DNA of 64,000 nt. Source: Candidatus Woesebacteria bacterium. Lineage in GTDB: Bacteria > Patescibacteriota > Microgenomatia > UBA8517. The position numbers and the translations under genes were made by a program. Positions 50,102-58,516 of the stretch are shown in pieces; the first letter of the stretch is position 1, and each line of letters starts with the position of its first letter. Under the pieces are notes generated by a model. That model searched no databases. It was not told the origin of the DNA and saw only the letters and a list, made by a program, of their open reading frames with translations. Where the stretch lies: positions 151,848 through 215,847 of the forward strand of contig DMZH01000001.1 in NCBI GenBank assembly GCA_003484955.1, in the 5' to 3' direction.

Positions 50102-50428
50102 TTATTTAAATATGTTACCAAAAGCCTGAATGCCTAGTATTTTACCGATTAATACAACCAAAAGGTAAGCAAAAACAACAATAATAAAACCTATGATTGC
50201 ATTTGAGATTTTGCCCTGAGCCGACTGCATGGCTTTAGGGTCACCCCTGGAAGTCATTATTTGCAGCCCTCCAATTATTAGATAAATCAGGAGAGCAATT
50301 CCGGCAGCGCCAAATATGTATGGAAGTATGGACCCAATAATGTCTCCAATTTTTGCATAACCGCCAAATTTTGCAGTAGGGAAAGCGCCTGATTGTATTT
50401 TATCCAAATCTAGATTTTGAGTAAGCAT
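50102..50428 (-). CDS. VirB2/TrbC-like pilin 2
   Basis: GGLQIMTSRGDPKAMQSAQGKISNAIIGF core. Confidence 0.85.
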   Translation of the reverse strand: MLTQNLDLDKIQSGAFPTAKFGGYAKIGDIIGSILPYIFGAAGIALLIYLIIGGLQIMTSRGDPKAMQSAQGKISNAIIGFIIVVFAYLLVVLIGKILGIQAFGNIFK

Positions 50429-50430
50429 GT

Positions 50431-51009
50431 TTATTTTCCAAATCCAAAAGCATCCAATCCCAGTATATCAACTCCTATAAATCTAAGTATAAATACTGAA
50501 AATACCAAGAGAATCAAACCGGCAACAGCTGATGTTAAAAGTTCCTGACCGGCTTTTAATCTCTCTGGGTTTCCTGAGGCTGTCATGGTCATAAACCCGG
50601 CATAAAGCATTAGGAGAAACGCAATTCCGCCACCTACACCAACAGCCCATTTGAGAAGCGAGGAAAGAAATTCATTGGTGGAACCTAACACCGGTAAACA
50701 ACCAATGGCTGTATTAATTCCCCTACCATCATTGCCGCAGAGGTACGCATCAACATTAGCAGCGGGAGTTTTCAATCCTTGACGGATTTCTTCTTGAACG
50801 CCAGCCTTAGTATCCTCACAATCCTTTTGTGTGTCACAGCAATATCTATTTATTTTTCCGGGAGTTGGAAAATTTTGGCTACATGTAACAGTTTGTGTTC
50901 CTGTGCACGTAGTTTGATTTGAGGCAACCTGGGTACACGATGCCTTGACATTTTTTTCAAAAACGAACAGTAGAAGAAATCCAAGGATAAAACCAAATAT
51001 TTTTTTCAC
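50431..51009 (-). CDS. VirB2/TrbC-like pilin 1 with Sec signal peptide and Cys-rich N-terminal domain
   Basis: MKK..VKA-S signal, 8 Cys, INTAIGC, and AGFMTMTASGNPERLKAGQELLTSAVAGL core. Confidence 0.85.
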   Translation of the reverse strand: MKKIFGFILGFLLLFVFEKNVKASCTQVASNQTTCTGTQTVTCSQNFPTPGKINRYCCDTQKDCEDTKAGVQEEIRQGLKTPAANVDAYLCGNDGRGINTAIGCLPVLGSTNEFLSSLLKWAVGVGGGIAFLLMLYAGFMTMTASGNPERLKAGQELLTSAVAGLILLVFSVFILRFIGVDILGLDAFGFGK

Positions 51010-51071
51010 CCTTTCATTTTAATGCAATTGGAATAAAAGTAAAAGAAGCGAGCTGGTATAATAAAAGACAC

Positions 51072-52751
51072 ATGATTTTCAAATTTAAAATTAAACAAAG
51101 AGTTTTCAAGAGGCTGACTTTGGTTGCAGCCCTGGTTTTTGTTCTTTCATTCTTTACTTTTACTTTTGTAAAGGCTCAGGTTTGTGGAACGGACCTTGAT
51201 TGTCAAATATCTCAAATTCAAAAGGAAATCGACGCGCTTTCTCCGGCTCAGGAAAAAAATAAACAGGACTTGGCAGCTCTCAACAAACAAATTGCCGACC
51301 TGAACCTTAAGATTTCGAAATTAACATCGCAACTCAAATCTCTTGAGGTACAGATCTCCGGCAGGGAAAAAGATTTAGTCTACACAAAAGCAATATTTGA
51401 CGAAAAGGCAAAAGACCACTATACGTTTTTGAGACTTTACGATCCAATTACTCCATTTCTTTTCTCTGACAGCGCCTCGCAAGCTTTTCAAGAAATTGTT
51501 TTAAGACAAAAAGCCGCCGATGCCGACAGAAAAACCATGGAGGAATATGCTTCCGACCTGTCTTCACTTAAGGTGGATAAAGAGAATTTGGTGAAAAATA
51601 AAGCAAGTATTTCCTCACTACAAGCCCAAGTAGCCGAAAAACAGAAGTTTTTGGCAGGGGAAGTTGCAAAGGTGGACACTTATCTTTCCTCACTTTCGGC
51701 CAAACAGCAAGAACTTTTGGCTGCTAAAAGCGGTAGTTTTATTGCAAGTGTTGGTGACAGTGAGTTGGCAGATGACTACAAAGCTTCCATTAAAGGTTTC
51801 AGAGAATCAGCTCCCTCCGGCTCTTTTGCTGTTTTTTCGTTTGGCGCATATACACACAGAAAAGGGATGAGCCAGTACGGAGCTAGGGGTAGAGCACAGA
51901 GTGGACAAAATTATAGACAGATATTAAAAGCTTACTACGGGAAGGAGTCGGTTGGTAAAGATACCGGCGGAACAATCAGTGTTTCCGGTTATGGGGCAAT
52001 GGACTTTGAGACAACTTATCTTTACGGAATTGCTGAAATGCCGTCAAGTTGGAACATGGAAGCTCTCAAGGCTCAGGCTGTGGCTGCCAGAACTTACGCC
52101 TATCGATATAAAACTGCCGGTACAACAATTTGTACCACTGAAAGCTGTCAGGTGTTCAGAAAATCAAAATCGGATAGCCCCCCATCTGCCTGGAAACAGG
52201 CAGTTGATGAAACAAAAGGGCAAGTTTTGGAAGACGTTGTGACTTACTATTCGTCAACCTCCGGCGGGTACTCAACAACTTCCGGTTGGGACACGACGGA
52301 TGGAGGAGGGGGCTCGAACTTTTTTGATAAAAGCTATGAAAAAATCGGGGGCTCTCCCTGGGCATATAAGGCATGGTATAGAAAAGGATATACGGCAAGC
52401 GGAGACACTTGTGGGCAGAGTGATCCCTGGCTCAACAATGAGGAATTTACGGATATAATCAATGCGGCGGTTGTTCTTAAAAACGGATCGGATGACCGAG
52501 TTACTTCCACCTCAACATCGTGTTGGGGTGGTAACCCATATAGTTATGGGGAACTAAGGGCAAAAGGTGGAGTAAACTCTGTTTCCAGTATTTCTGTCGT
52601 ACAGGGAACCGGAACAACAAATGAGGTGGTCATAAATGGGTCGGTACGTTTGACCGGAGCTGAATTTAAACAGGCCTTTAATTTAAGGGCTCCCGGTTAT
52701 CTAATGGTTCCTCAAAAAGGCTTTGCGTTTTTTAATATTGAGAAGAAATAG
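51072..52751 (+). CDS. Secreted coiled-coil + SpoIID/LytB-domain peptidoglycan hydrolase-like protein
   Basis: Signal peptide, long coiled coil, H..GMSQYGA, AEMPSSW..EALKAQAVAARTYA and YSSTSGG. Confidence 0.85.
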   Translation: MIFKFKIKQRVFKRLTLVAALVFVLSFFTFTFVKAQVCGTDLDCQISQIQKEIDALSPAQEKNKQDLAALNKQIADLNLKISKLTSQLKSLEVQISGREKDLVYTKAIFDEKAKDHYTFLRLYDPITPFLFSDSASQAFQEIVLRQKAADADRKTMEEYASDLSSLKVDKENLVKNKASISSLQAQVAEKQKFLAGEVAKVDTYLSSLSAKQQELLAAKSGSFIASVGDSELADDYKASIKGFRESAPSGSFAVFSFGAYTHRKGMSQYGARGRAQSGQNYRQILKAYYGKESVGKDTGGTISVSGYGAMDFETTYLYGIAEMPSSWNMEALKAQAVAARTYAYRYKTAGTTICTTESCQVFRKSKSDSPPSAWKQAVDETKGQVLEDVVTYYSSTSGGYSTTSGWDTTDGGGGSNFFDKSYEKIGGSPWAYKAWYRKGYTASGDTCGQSDPWLNNEEFTDIINAAVVLKNGSDDRVTSTSTSCWGGNPYSYGELRAKGGVNSVSSISVVQGTGTTNEVVINGSVRLTGAEFKQAFNLRAPGYLMVPQKGFAFFNIEKK

Positions 52752-52766
52752 TATAATCGGTTTAGA

Positions 52767-53411
52767 ATGCCTGAGATATTTGTTTCCCCAGATAAAGAGG
52801 TTGTTGAAAATGCCTCACCTGTTTTGCCAAGCAAGGCACCCACAACAGAAGTCCAAAAAAGTGCTTTTAAAAGCCATTCACATAACCGCTTTTCAGCCTT
52901 TAACCTCTACCCGGATGGTATAAATTTTGAGACGAAAGAAAAAGAAGAAAAGGTAATTTTAATGCTTAGGCAGCATCCGGTGGTTAATCTTAAGTGGATT
53001 GTCATTACACTCCTTTTATTAACCGGTCCGTCGGTTTTAGCAGGAATAGGCGTGACTTCGTTTTTACCGATAGGATATCAAGTGATTCTTTCCCTTGTTT
53101 GGTATTTGGTTACCACGACCTATGCCATTGAGGGATTTTTGGGATGGTATTTTAATGTTTACTTTGTTACCACACGAAGAGTAATAGATGTTGATTTTTT
53201 TAATCTGATAGATAAAAGAGTATCGGATGCGGAAATCGAAAAAATACAGGATGTTAGTTATACAACCAAAGGTGTTTTGGGAACTACTTTAAATTTTGGT
53301 GATGTGATGATTCAAACAGCATCGGAAGTTCAGGAATTTGATTTTGGGCGGGTTCCGAAACCGGAAAGAGTTGCCAAAATACTGAATGACCTTAGAGCAA
53401 ATGTACACTAA
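52767..53411 (+). CDS. Membrane protein with bacterial PH (bPH_2-like) domain
   Basis: 2 TMs then YFVTTRRVI...IQDV......NFGDVMIQTA. Confidence 0.75.
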   Translation: MPEIFVSPDKEVVENASPVLPSKAPTTEVQKSAFKSHSHNRFSAFNLYPDGINFETKEKEEKVILMLRQHPVVNLKWIVITLLLLTGPSVLAGIGVTSFLPIGYQVILSLVWYLVTTTYAIEGFLGWYFNVYFVTTRRVIDVDFFNLIDKRVSDAEIEKIQDVSYTTKGVLGTTLNFGDVMIQTASEVQEFDFGRVPKPERVAKILNDLRANVH

Positions 53412-53415
53412 TAAT

Positions 53416-53640
53416 ATGGAAAATTTAATTTTATCCGGCTTTGACATTTGGATTGTAATAAAAATCTTTTCGCTGATAATTTTGGGGATGTATATAATTT
53501 TTGCGTTTGTCATAACAAGGCAGGTTAAACTTATGACGGAAACACTTACCTTGGGTTTTGAGCCAATTGTCAAAATTTTGTCCCTTTTCCATTTGATATT
53601 TGCAATTTTGGTTTTTCTGGCTGCAATAATAGTTCTTTAG
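53416..53640 (+). CDS. Small 2-TM membrane protein (DUF5657-like)
   Basis: YIIFAFVITRQVKLM.ETL motif. Start uncertain (53386, 53401 or 53416). Confidence 0.65.
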   Translation: MENLILSGFDIWIVIKIFSLIILGMYIIFAFVITRQVKLMTETLTLGFEPIVKILSLFHLIFAILVFLAAIIVL

Positions 53641-53641
53641 A

Positions 53642-55534
53642 ATGTTGAGAATAACCAGTGCTAAAGTTACCGCTTCTCCGGGAGTTTCAGGTTGGGTTCA
53701 GATTCATGGATTTACCCCGGCAGAACCCGAGAAATTAAAGACCAGAGGACAACTTTTTGTGGTTGTTGCTTCAAAAAACGGAAAGGAAGGAATTGAGGCA
53801 ATCTCTTTTGAAAGGGAAATTGTCGGGAGACTTCGTGAAGAATACTATAACGAGTCCCAAGAAAAAGCGTTTGACGCGTTAAGAGGTGCAACCCAAAGGG
53901 TTATTACTGAATTTGGTGTCAATACAACCGACCTTGAAATTGCCTGTTGTGCCTTTGCGGACGGAGTTGTTTACTCCACTGCCGTAGGGGGAAGCAGGGT
54001 TCTTATCAGCCGCGACGGATCTTTAGCTACAATTTTAGAAAGTGGTAGTGAAGTTATCACATCTTCAGGATTTCCCAAGAATGATGACATAATTCTTATT
54101 GGAACAAAACCATTTTTTGAAAAAGTTTCATCAACTAGTATCAAAGACAGTTTAACCACCAAAAATCCGGAATCTGCCGTTGAGGAACTGACGCCGCTTG
54201 TTTACGGGGGAAACGAGATTGGTACTGCCGGGGCTATCATAATTAAGTTTGAAGAAGGATCTGAATCCGAGAATATCTTTATACCCGCCCAACCCGAAGT
54301 TTTGAGAAGTGAAATCACCCCTGTTGCCGAAAAGCAAAGTATTGATTTAAAACAAAAATTTTCCGGCTTTTTTGACAAAATTGGTAAAAAATTTCCCAGG
54401 AGAAATATTTACATAAAACCGGGTATCCAGGACGAAGCTGTCTCACAAAGCCGGAAGCTCACTCTTTCTGTCGGTGTAATACTTCTTGTAATTTTAGTTG
54501 TCAGTATAGGCTTTGGTGTAAGACAGAAAAAGATGAATGATTTGAAAAAAGAATATCAGGGTCTTCTTACTCAGGCAACAAGCGAAGTTGAACAGGCAAT
54601 TAGTCTTGCCAGTGTCAATCCCGACGAGTCCAGACAGTTGTTTTTAGATAGTGAACAAAAATTGGTGCAAATTCAGGCGTTAAAAGTTAAAGATCCAAAA
54701 ATTGATGAATTACAGAAAAGGATTGAAGACAGCCGTGCCGCGGTTTTGGGGGAATATGCGACAGAGCCGGAGCTTTTTTTGGATCTCGGACTTTTATCAT
54801 CAGGGTTTAGCGGCAGCGCAATATCTTCTTCAGGCGGAAACATTTATGTACTGGACAAAGTCGGGGCTAAGGCGGTCAGTATCGCGATTGATACAAAAAA
54901 AAGTAAAGTTGTTTCCGGTCCTGCTGTTATCGAAAACCCACTTGATTTGGCCGCATACGAAAACAGTGTTTATGTTCTCCTTTCCGATGGAATTTATCTG
55001 GTTGGATCCCAAAAGACCAAAGTTATAGATAAAGTTTGGTCCGGGGACGCTCTGATTTATTCATTTGCTGGCAATCTCTACGTACTTGATAAAGGCGGAA
55101 ATATGATTTACAGATATTCGGGACAGACCGGAAACACTTTTGGGAGCCAGCAGAACTGGCTGTCAGGTTCGACCAGGGCTGACTTTTCCGGGGCGCTTGG
55201 ATGGGGAATGAATGGGGCTGTCTATGTGCTTTATCCCCAATCAAGAATCTTGAAATATAGCCTAGGGTCTCCTCAAAGTTTTTCAATTTCAGGGGTGACG
55301 CCGGAGGTGGGTAATGTAGACGCCATATATGCAGATCCCGATAATCAGTATGTTTATTTTTTGGATAAAGCCGGAAAACGGATAGTAGTTATCGACAGAA
55401 ACGGAAAATATAAAGCTCAGTATATAAACGACCAGATATCCGGTGTATCAAGACTGATAGTCTCGGAAGAGCAGAAGAAAATAATACTTCTCACGGGGGA
55501 AAAGCTCCTTTCAATAGAGATTAAGCATCTCTGA
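53642..55534 (+). CDS. Membrane protein: degenerate PP2C-like N-domain, TM, helical stalk, extracellular beta-propeller
   Basis: RGQLFVV and SG..KNDDIILIGT in the N-domain; repeated IYVLD/LYVLD/VYFLD blades. Confidence 0.65.
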   Translation: MLRITSAKVTASPGVSGWVQIHGFTPAEPEKLKTRGQLFVVVASKNGKEGIEAISFEREIVGRLREEYYNESQEKAFDALRGATQRVITEFGVNTTDLEIACCAFADGVVYSTAVGGSRVLISRDGSLATILESGSEVITSSGFPKNDDIILIGTKPFFEKVSSTSIKDSLTTKNPESAVEELTPLVYGGNEIGTAGAIIIKFEEGSESENIFIPAQPEVLRSEITPVAEKQSIDLKQKFSGFFDKIGKKFPRRNIYIKPGIQDEAVSQSRKLTLSVGVILLVILVVSIGFGVRQKKMNDLKKEYQGLLTQATSEVEQAISLASVNPDESRQLFLDSEQKLVQIQALKVKDPKIDELQKRIEDSRAAVLGEYATEPELFLDLGLLSSGFSGSAISSSGGNIYVLDKVGAKAVSIAIDTKKSKVVSGPAVIENPLDLAAYENSVYVLLSDGIYLVGSQKTKVIDKVWSGDALIYSFAGNLYVLDKGGNMIYRYSGQTGNTFGSQQNWLSGSTRADFSGALGWGMNGAVYVLYPQSRILKYSLGSPQSFSISGVTPEVGNVDAIYADPDNQYVYFLDKAGKRIVVIDRNGKYKAQYINDQISGVSRLIVSEEQKKIILLTGEKLLSIEIKHL

Positions 55535-55567
55535 TGAAAAATGGCTTTAATGCTAAAATAGGGTAAA

Positions 55568-56002
55568 GTGAAAATCTTCAACAAAAGAGCAAAATTTGAA
55601 TATGAGCTTACCGGCGAAGGGGTTGAGGCAGGGATTTCCCTTTTGGGAGCCGAGGCTAAATCCGTGCGTGAAGGAAGAGTTGATATTTCCCAGTCAGCGG
55701 TTAGGATTTTGAATGATGAAATGTACCTGATTAATGCAAATATTCCCGCTGCCGGACTGACCAAGCATGACTCAACCCGCATGAGAAAGCTACTGCTTCA
55801 CAGGGCCGAAATACTTTCACTTATCACCAAAATGAAGCAGAAAAGGTTGCAAATTGTGCCTCTCAGGGTATACAATAAAGGCCGCTTAATTAAGCTTTAT
55901 CTTGAGCTTGGGAAGGGTAAGCGCAAGTTCGAAAAGAAGGAAGCTCTTAAGCGCCACGATATCAATAGGGATATCGAAAAGGAATTTAGAAACAAGGTTT
56001 AG
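55568..56002 (+). CDS. smpB: SsrA-binding protein
   Basis: NKRAKFEY, EAGISLLG.E.KS.R, RKLLLH and GK.KFEKK motifs; adjacent to the tmRNA. Confidence 0.95.
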   Translation: MKIFNKRAKFEYELTGEGVEAGISLLGAEAKSVREGRVDISQSAVRILNDEMYLINANIPAAGLTKHDSTRMRKLLLHRAEILSLITKMKQKRLQIVPLRVYNKGRLIKLYLELGKGKRKFEKKEALKRHDINRDIEKEFRNKV

Positions 56003-56027
56003 GGCTATAACCCTAAACGTAGTCGAA

Positions 56028-56387
56028 GGGGACGATCGGTCTCGACGGAAAGCTCTTTACAATACTGCAAGCCAAGTTTGATCAACACTTGTCAAAAGAG
56101 GTCAAAAAACAAAAGCTAACTTTAACAAGTCAGCTTCAGCTAACTACGCATTAGCGTACGCTTAACTGACGTCCTTAGATTTGATTCTCGGTTGAATCAA
56201 AAGGGTGTAAACCAATCCGGGATGCCACTCAAATTTTTAACTAGAGATTTGAATGAAAGAATTTTAGTTTTACTTTAAACCGTCCTGTTAGCTGGTTAGG
56301 TTTAGAGGACATAAAATAAACTAAATAAGCTTGTAGAAGTGTTGTTTTAAGTATTTTCGGACGCGGGTTCGATTCCCGCCGTCTCCA
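56028..56387 (+). ncRNA. ssrA: tmRNA
   Basis: 5' GGGGACGATCGGTCTCGAC and 3' GCGGGTTCGATTCCCGCCGTCTCCA. Tag ORF 56115-56165 reads ANFNKSASANYALAYA*. Confidence 0.93.
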
Positions 56388-56394
56388 CAAAGTG

Positions 56395-56422
56395 AAAAAC
56401 CCGCTTTATCGGCGGGTTTTTT
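56395..56422. terminator. Intrinsic terminator after ssrA (bidirectional type)
   Basis: AAAAACCCGC-TTTATCG-GCGGGTTTTTT. Confidence 0.85.
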
Positions 56423-56440
56423 AGTGGAAAAATGTTCTAA

Positions 56441-57112
56441 ATGGGTATTTTGGATTTTGTTTTTCCCAAAAGTTGTTTCGGATGCGGCAGGGAAGGGAGA
56501 TATTTATGTTTAAATTGTATTGCAAAATGTTTTCCGGCCAAACCGATTTGTCCATATTGCAAACACCATTCAATCGATGGAGTCACACACATAAATTGCA
56601 GAAAAAAACTGGGAATCGACGGCTTAACTTCAGTTTGGGAATACGAAGGGGTTATTAGAAAGGCGATACTTTCTCTTAAATATAAATACGCAACAGAAAT
56701 CGGAAACGAAATTTCTGATTACTTAATTAACTCATTAAGGGCAAAGATATTGCCCAGTGTTCAATATTTGACCCCGATTCCGATTTATTGGTATAGACAA
56801 AATACCAGGGGATTTAATCAGTCTTTAGAGATCGGAAAACGGGTTGCGGATTCAATGAATTTGAGGTTTATTCCGGATCTTTTGATTAAAAACAAATCTA
56901 CGGTGTCTCAAGTTGAGCTTTCGGGAGAGAAACGGAAAAAAAATCTTCAAGGTAGTTTTTCCTTGTACCCGCATAATTCATCGTTCACAACTCCAAATTC
57001 AGTTTTTCTTTTTGATGACGTTTTTACTACCGGTTCAACCATGATGGAGGCTGCAAAAGTTCTAAAAAGAGCGGGTGTAGAAAAAGTTTGGGGGTTAACT
57101 ATTGCGAGATAA
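56441..57112 (+). CDS. comF: ComF family amidophosphoribosyltransferase-like competence protein
   Basis: FP..C..C...LC..C zinc finger, LKY, PIP..RGFNQ and DDVFTTGST motifs. Confidence 0.9.
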   Translation: MGILDFVFPKSCFGCGREGRYLCLNCIAKCFPAKPICPYCKHHSIDGVTHINCRKKLGIDGLTSVWEYEGVIRKAILSLKYKYATEIGNEISDYLINSLRAKILPSVQYLTPIPIYWYRQNTRGFNQSLEIGKRVADSMNLRFIPDLLIKNKSTVSQVELSGEKRKKNLQGSFSLYPHNSSFTTPNSVFLFDDVFTTGSTMMEAAKVLKRAGVEKVWGLTIAR

Positions 57113-57114
57113 TG

Positions 57115-57196
57115 CGGTGGGTACAGGGGTCGAACCTGTTAGGGCTTGCGCCCACGAGTTTTCAAGACTCGCGCATTACCGTCCTGCCCACCCACC
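57115..57196 (-). tRNA. tRNA-Ser(TGA)
   Basis: Acceptor GGTGGGT/ACCCACC, anticodon arm CGAGT-CTTGAAA-ACTCG, long variable arm, G73. Confidence 0.9.
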
Positions 57197-57197
57197 G

Positions 57198-57285
57198 TGG
57201 CGGAGGATGAGGGAGTCGAACCCACCGACCACTTGCGTGGTCAAGGTTTAGCAAACCTTTGCCTTAGCCGCTCGGCATATCCTCC
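57198..57285 (-). tRNA. tRNA-Ser(GCT)
   Basis: Acceptor GGAGGAT/ATCCTCC, AAGGT-TTGCTAA-ACCTT, variable arm GACCAC-GCAA-GTGGTC, GCCA end. Confidence 0.9.
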
Positions 57286-57333
57286 TTGAAGACAACTGCA
57301 ATTATAACAAATTTTGAGGTATAATACGCATAT

Positions 57334-57882
57334 ATGGAATCTGTCCCAAGATCTGCCGATGGCACATTAAATGACGAACCACAGGCGGTGGTTGTTAGAC
57401 GGGAACCGGAACGGGATTTAGTTACCTGGACAGCTCCGGCAAGAACTTTTAAAAGGCGCGGCAGAAAGTTTTATGTTACTGCTTTTTCCATGGCCGGGAT
57501 TATCAGTATTATTATTTTTCTTGCGGAAGGAATAATGCCGGTGATACTTATTATTTCGCTTGTCTTTTTGTATTATGTTCTTTCCACTGTTCAGCCTGAG
57601 AATATTGAATATAAAATTACCAACAGGGGAATTAAAGTCGCAGGTAAAGAAACAAGCTGGCAGTACGTAGTTAGATTTTGGTTTTCGTCAAGATTGGGGG
57701 GCGATCTTTTGATTTTTGATACAGTTACCATTCTCGGAAGAATGGAACTGGTCATTGATCCTGATCTCAAGGATACTCTGAAAAAGGAAATTTCCGCCTA
57801 TGTTCCTTATGAAGAGGCACCGCCCTCTACTTTAGATAAAGTTACGAATTGGGTCGCAAAAAAACTGCCGGAGAGCGAATAA
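57334..57882 (+). CDS. Conserved 2-TM membrane protein with PH-like C-domain
   Basis: W.AP...FK.R...Y, 2 TMs, YKITNRGI...W....FW. Confidence 0.7.
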   Translation: MESVPRSADGTLNDEPQAVVVRREPERDLVTWTAPARTFKRRGRKFYVTAFSMAGIISIIIFLAEGIMPVILIISLVFLYYVLSTVQPENIEYKITNRGIKVAGKETSWQYVVRFWFSSRLGGDLLIFDTVTILGRMELVIDPDLKDTLKKEISAYVPYEEAPPSTLDKVTNWVAKKLPESE

Positions 57883-57887
57883 AAAAT

Positions 57888-57959
57888 GCCCTCGTAGCTC
57901 AACGGATAGAGTACGGGTTTGCGGAACCTGAGATATCAGTTCGATTCTGATCGGGGGCA
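57888..57959 (+). tRNA. tRNA-Arg(GCG)
   Basis: Acceptor GCCCTCG/CGGGGGC, anticodon arm CGGGT-TTGCGGA-ACCTG, T arm ATCAG-TTCGATT-CTGAT. Confidence 0.9.
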
Positions 57960-57967
57960 CACTTTAA

Positions 57968-58049
57968 GGAGGATGGGCAGGACGGTAATGCGTTGGTTTC
58001 GAAAACCAATTCTCGAAAGGGATAGCAGGTTCGACTCCTGCATCCTCCG
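57968..58049 (+). tRNA. tRNA-Ser(CGA)
   Basis: Acceptor GGAGGAT/ATCCTCC, TTGGT-TTCGAAA-ACCAA, long variable arm, G73. Confidence 0.9.
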
Positions 58050-58063
58050 CTCGCAGTAAAAAT

Positions 58064-58516
58064 ATGAACGCAAAGAACAATCAACAAATATTAATAGGTG
58101 GAGCAATTGTCTTTAAAGATACTCGCACCAAACGCCAGTATTTACTGGTTAAAACAAAAGAGGATGGAGATTGGGAAATCCCCAAAGTTACAGTAAGAAG
58201 AGGGGAATCTTCTGTGCGTGCCGTCATCAGATTAACGGGGGAACAGGGTGGAATTACGGCCAGGGTTTTGGAAGAAGCGGGAAGGTTTGTAGGCAACACC
58301 GTCATTAATGGCAATGCTGTTTCTCAAAAATATTATTACTATTTGATGCTTCAAAAAGGAGGACCGAGCGAAATGATAGGTTTTAATGAATTTAAATGGA
58401 TGGAATCTCCGGATATTTTGAAAAAGCTTGTTTCAAAGAAGGAAAAAGAAATGTTTAAAAGTGCAAAAGAAGTTTTAAAAGAGTGGGAAACAACACACAA
58501 GGTAAAACTATATTGA
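58064..58516 (+). CDS. NUDIX-fold protein with degenerate Nudix box
   Basis: GAIVFK...YLLV....WEIPK...GES...AVIRLTGEQGG; the REUXEE glutamates are partly lost. Confidence 0.75.
   Translation: MNAKNNQQILIGGAIVFKDTRTKRQYLLVKTKEDGDWEIPKVTVRRGESSVRAVIRLTGEQGGITARVLEEAGRFVGNTVINGNAVSQKYYYYLMLQKGGPSEMIGFNEFKWMESPDILKKLVSKKEKEMFKSAKEVLKEWETTHKVKLY

Noticed and set aside
33953-51009. Calling the T4SS-like block an ICE or prophage
   Set aside because: No integrase, relaxase, coupling protein, att repeats or phage structural genes are present in the window.
56011-56030. CCCTAAACGTAGTCGAAGGG hairpin overlapping the tmRNA 5' end
   Set aside because: It resembles short palindromic repeats but has only one copy in the window, so no repeat call was made.
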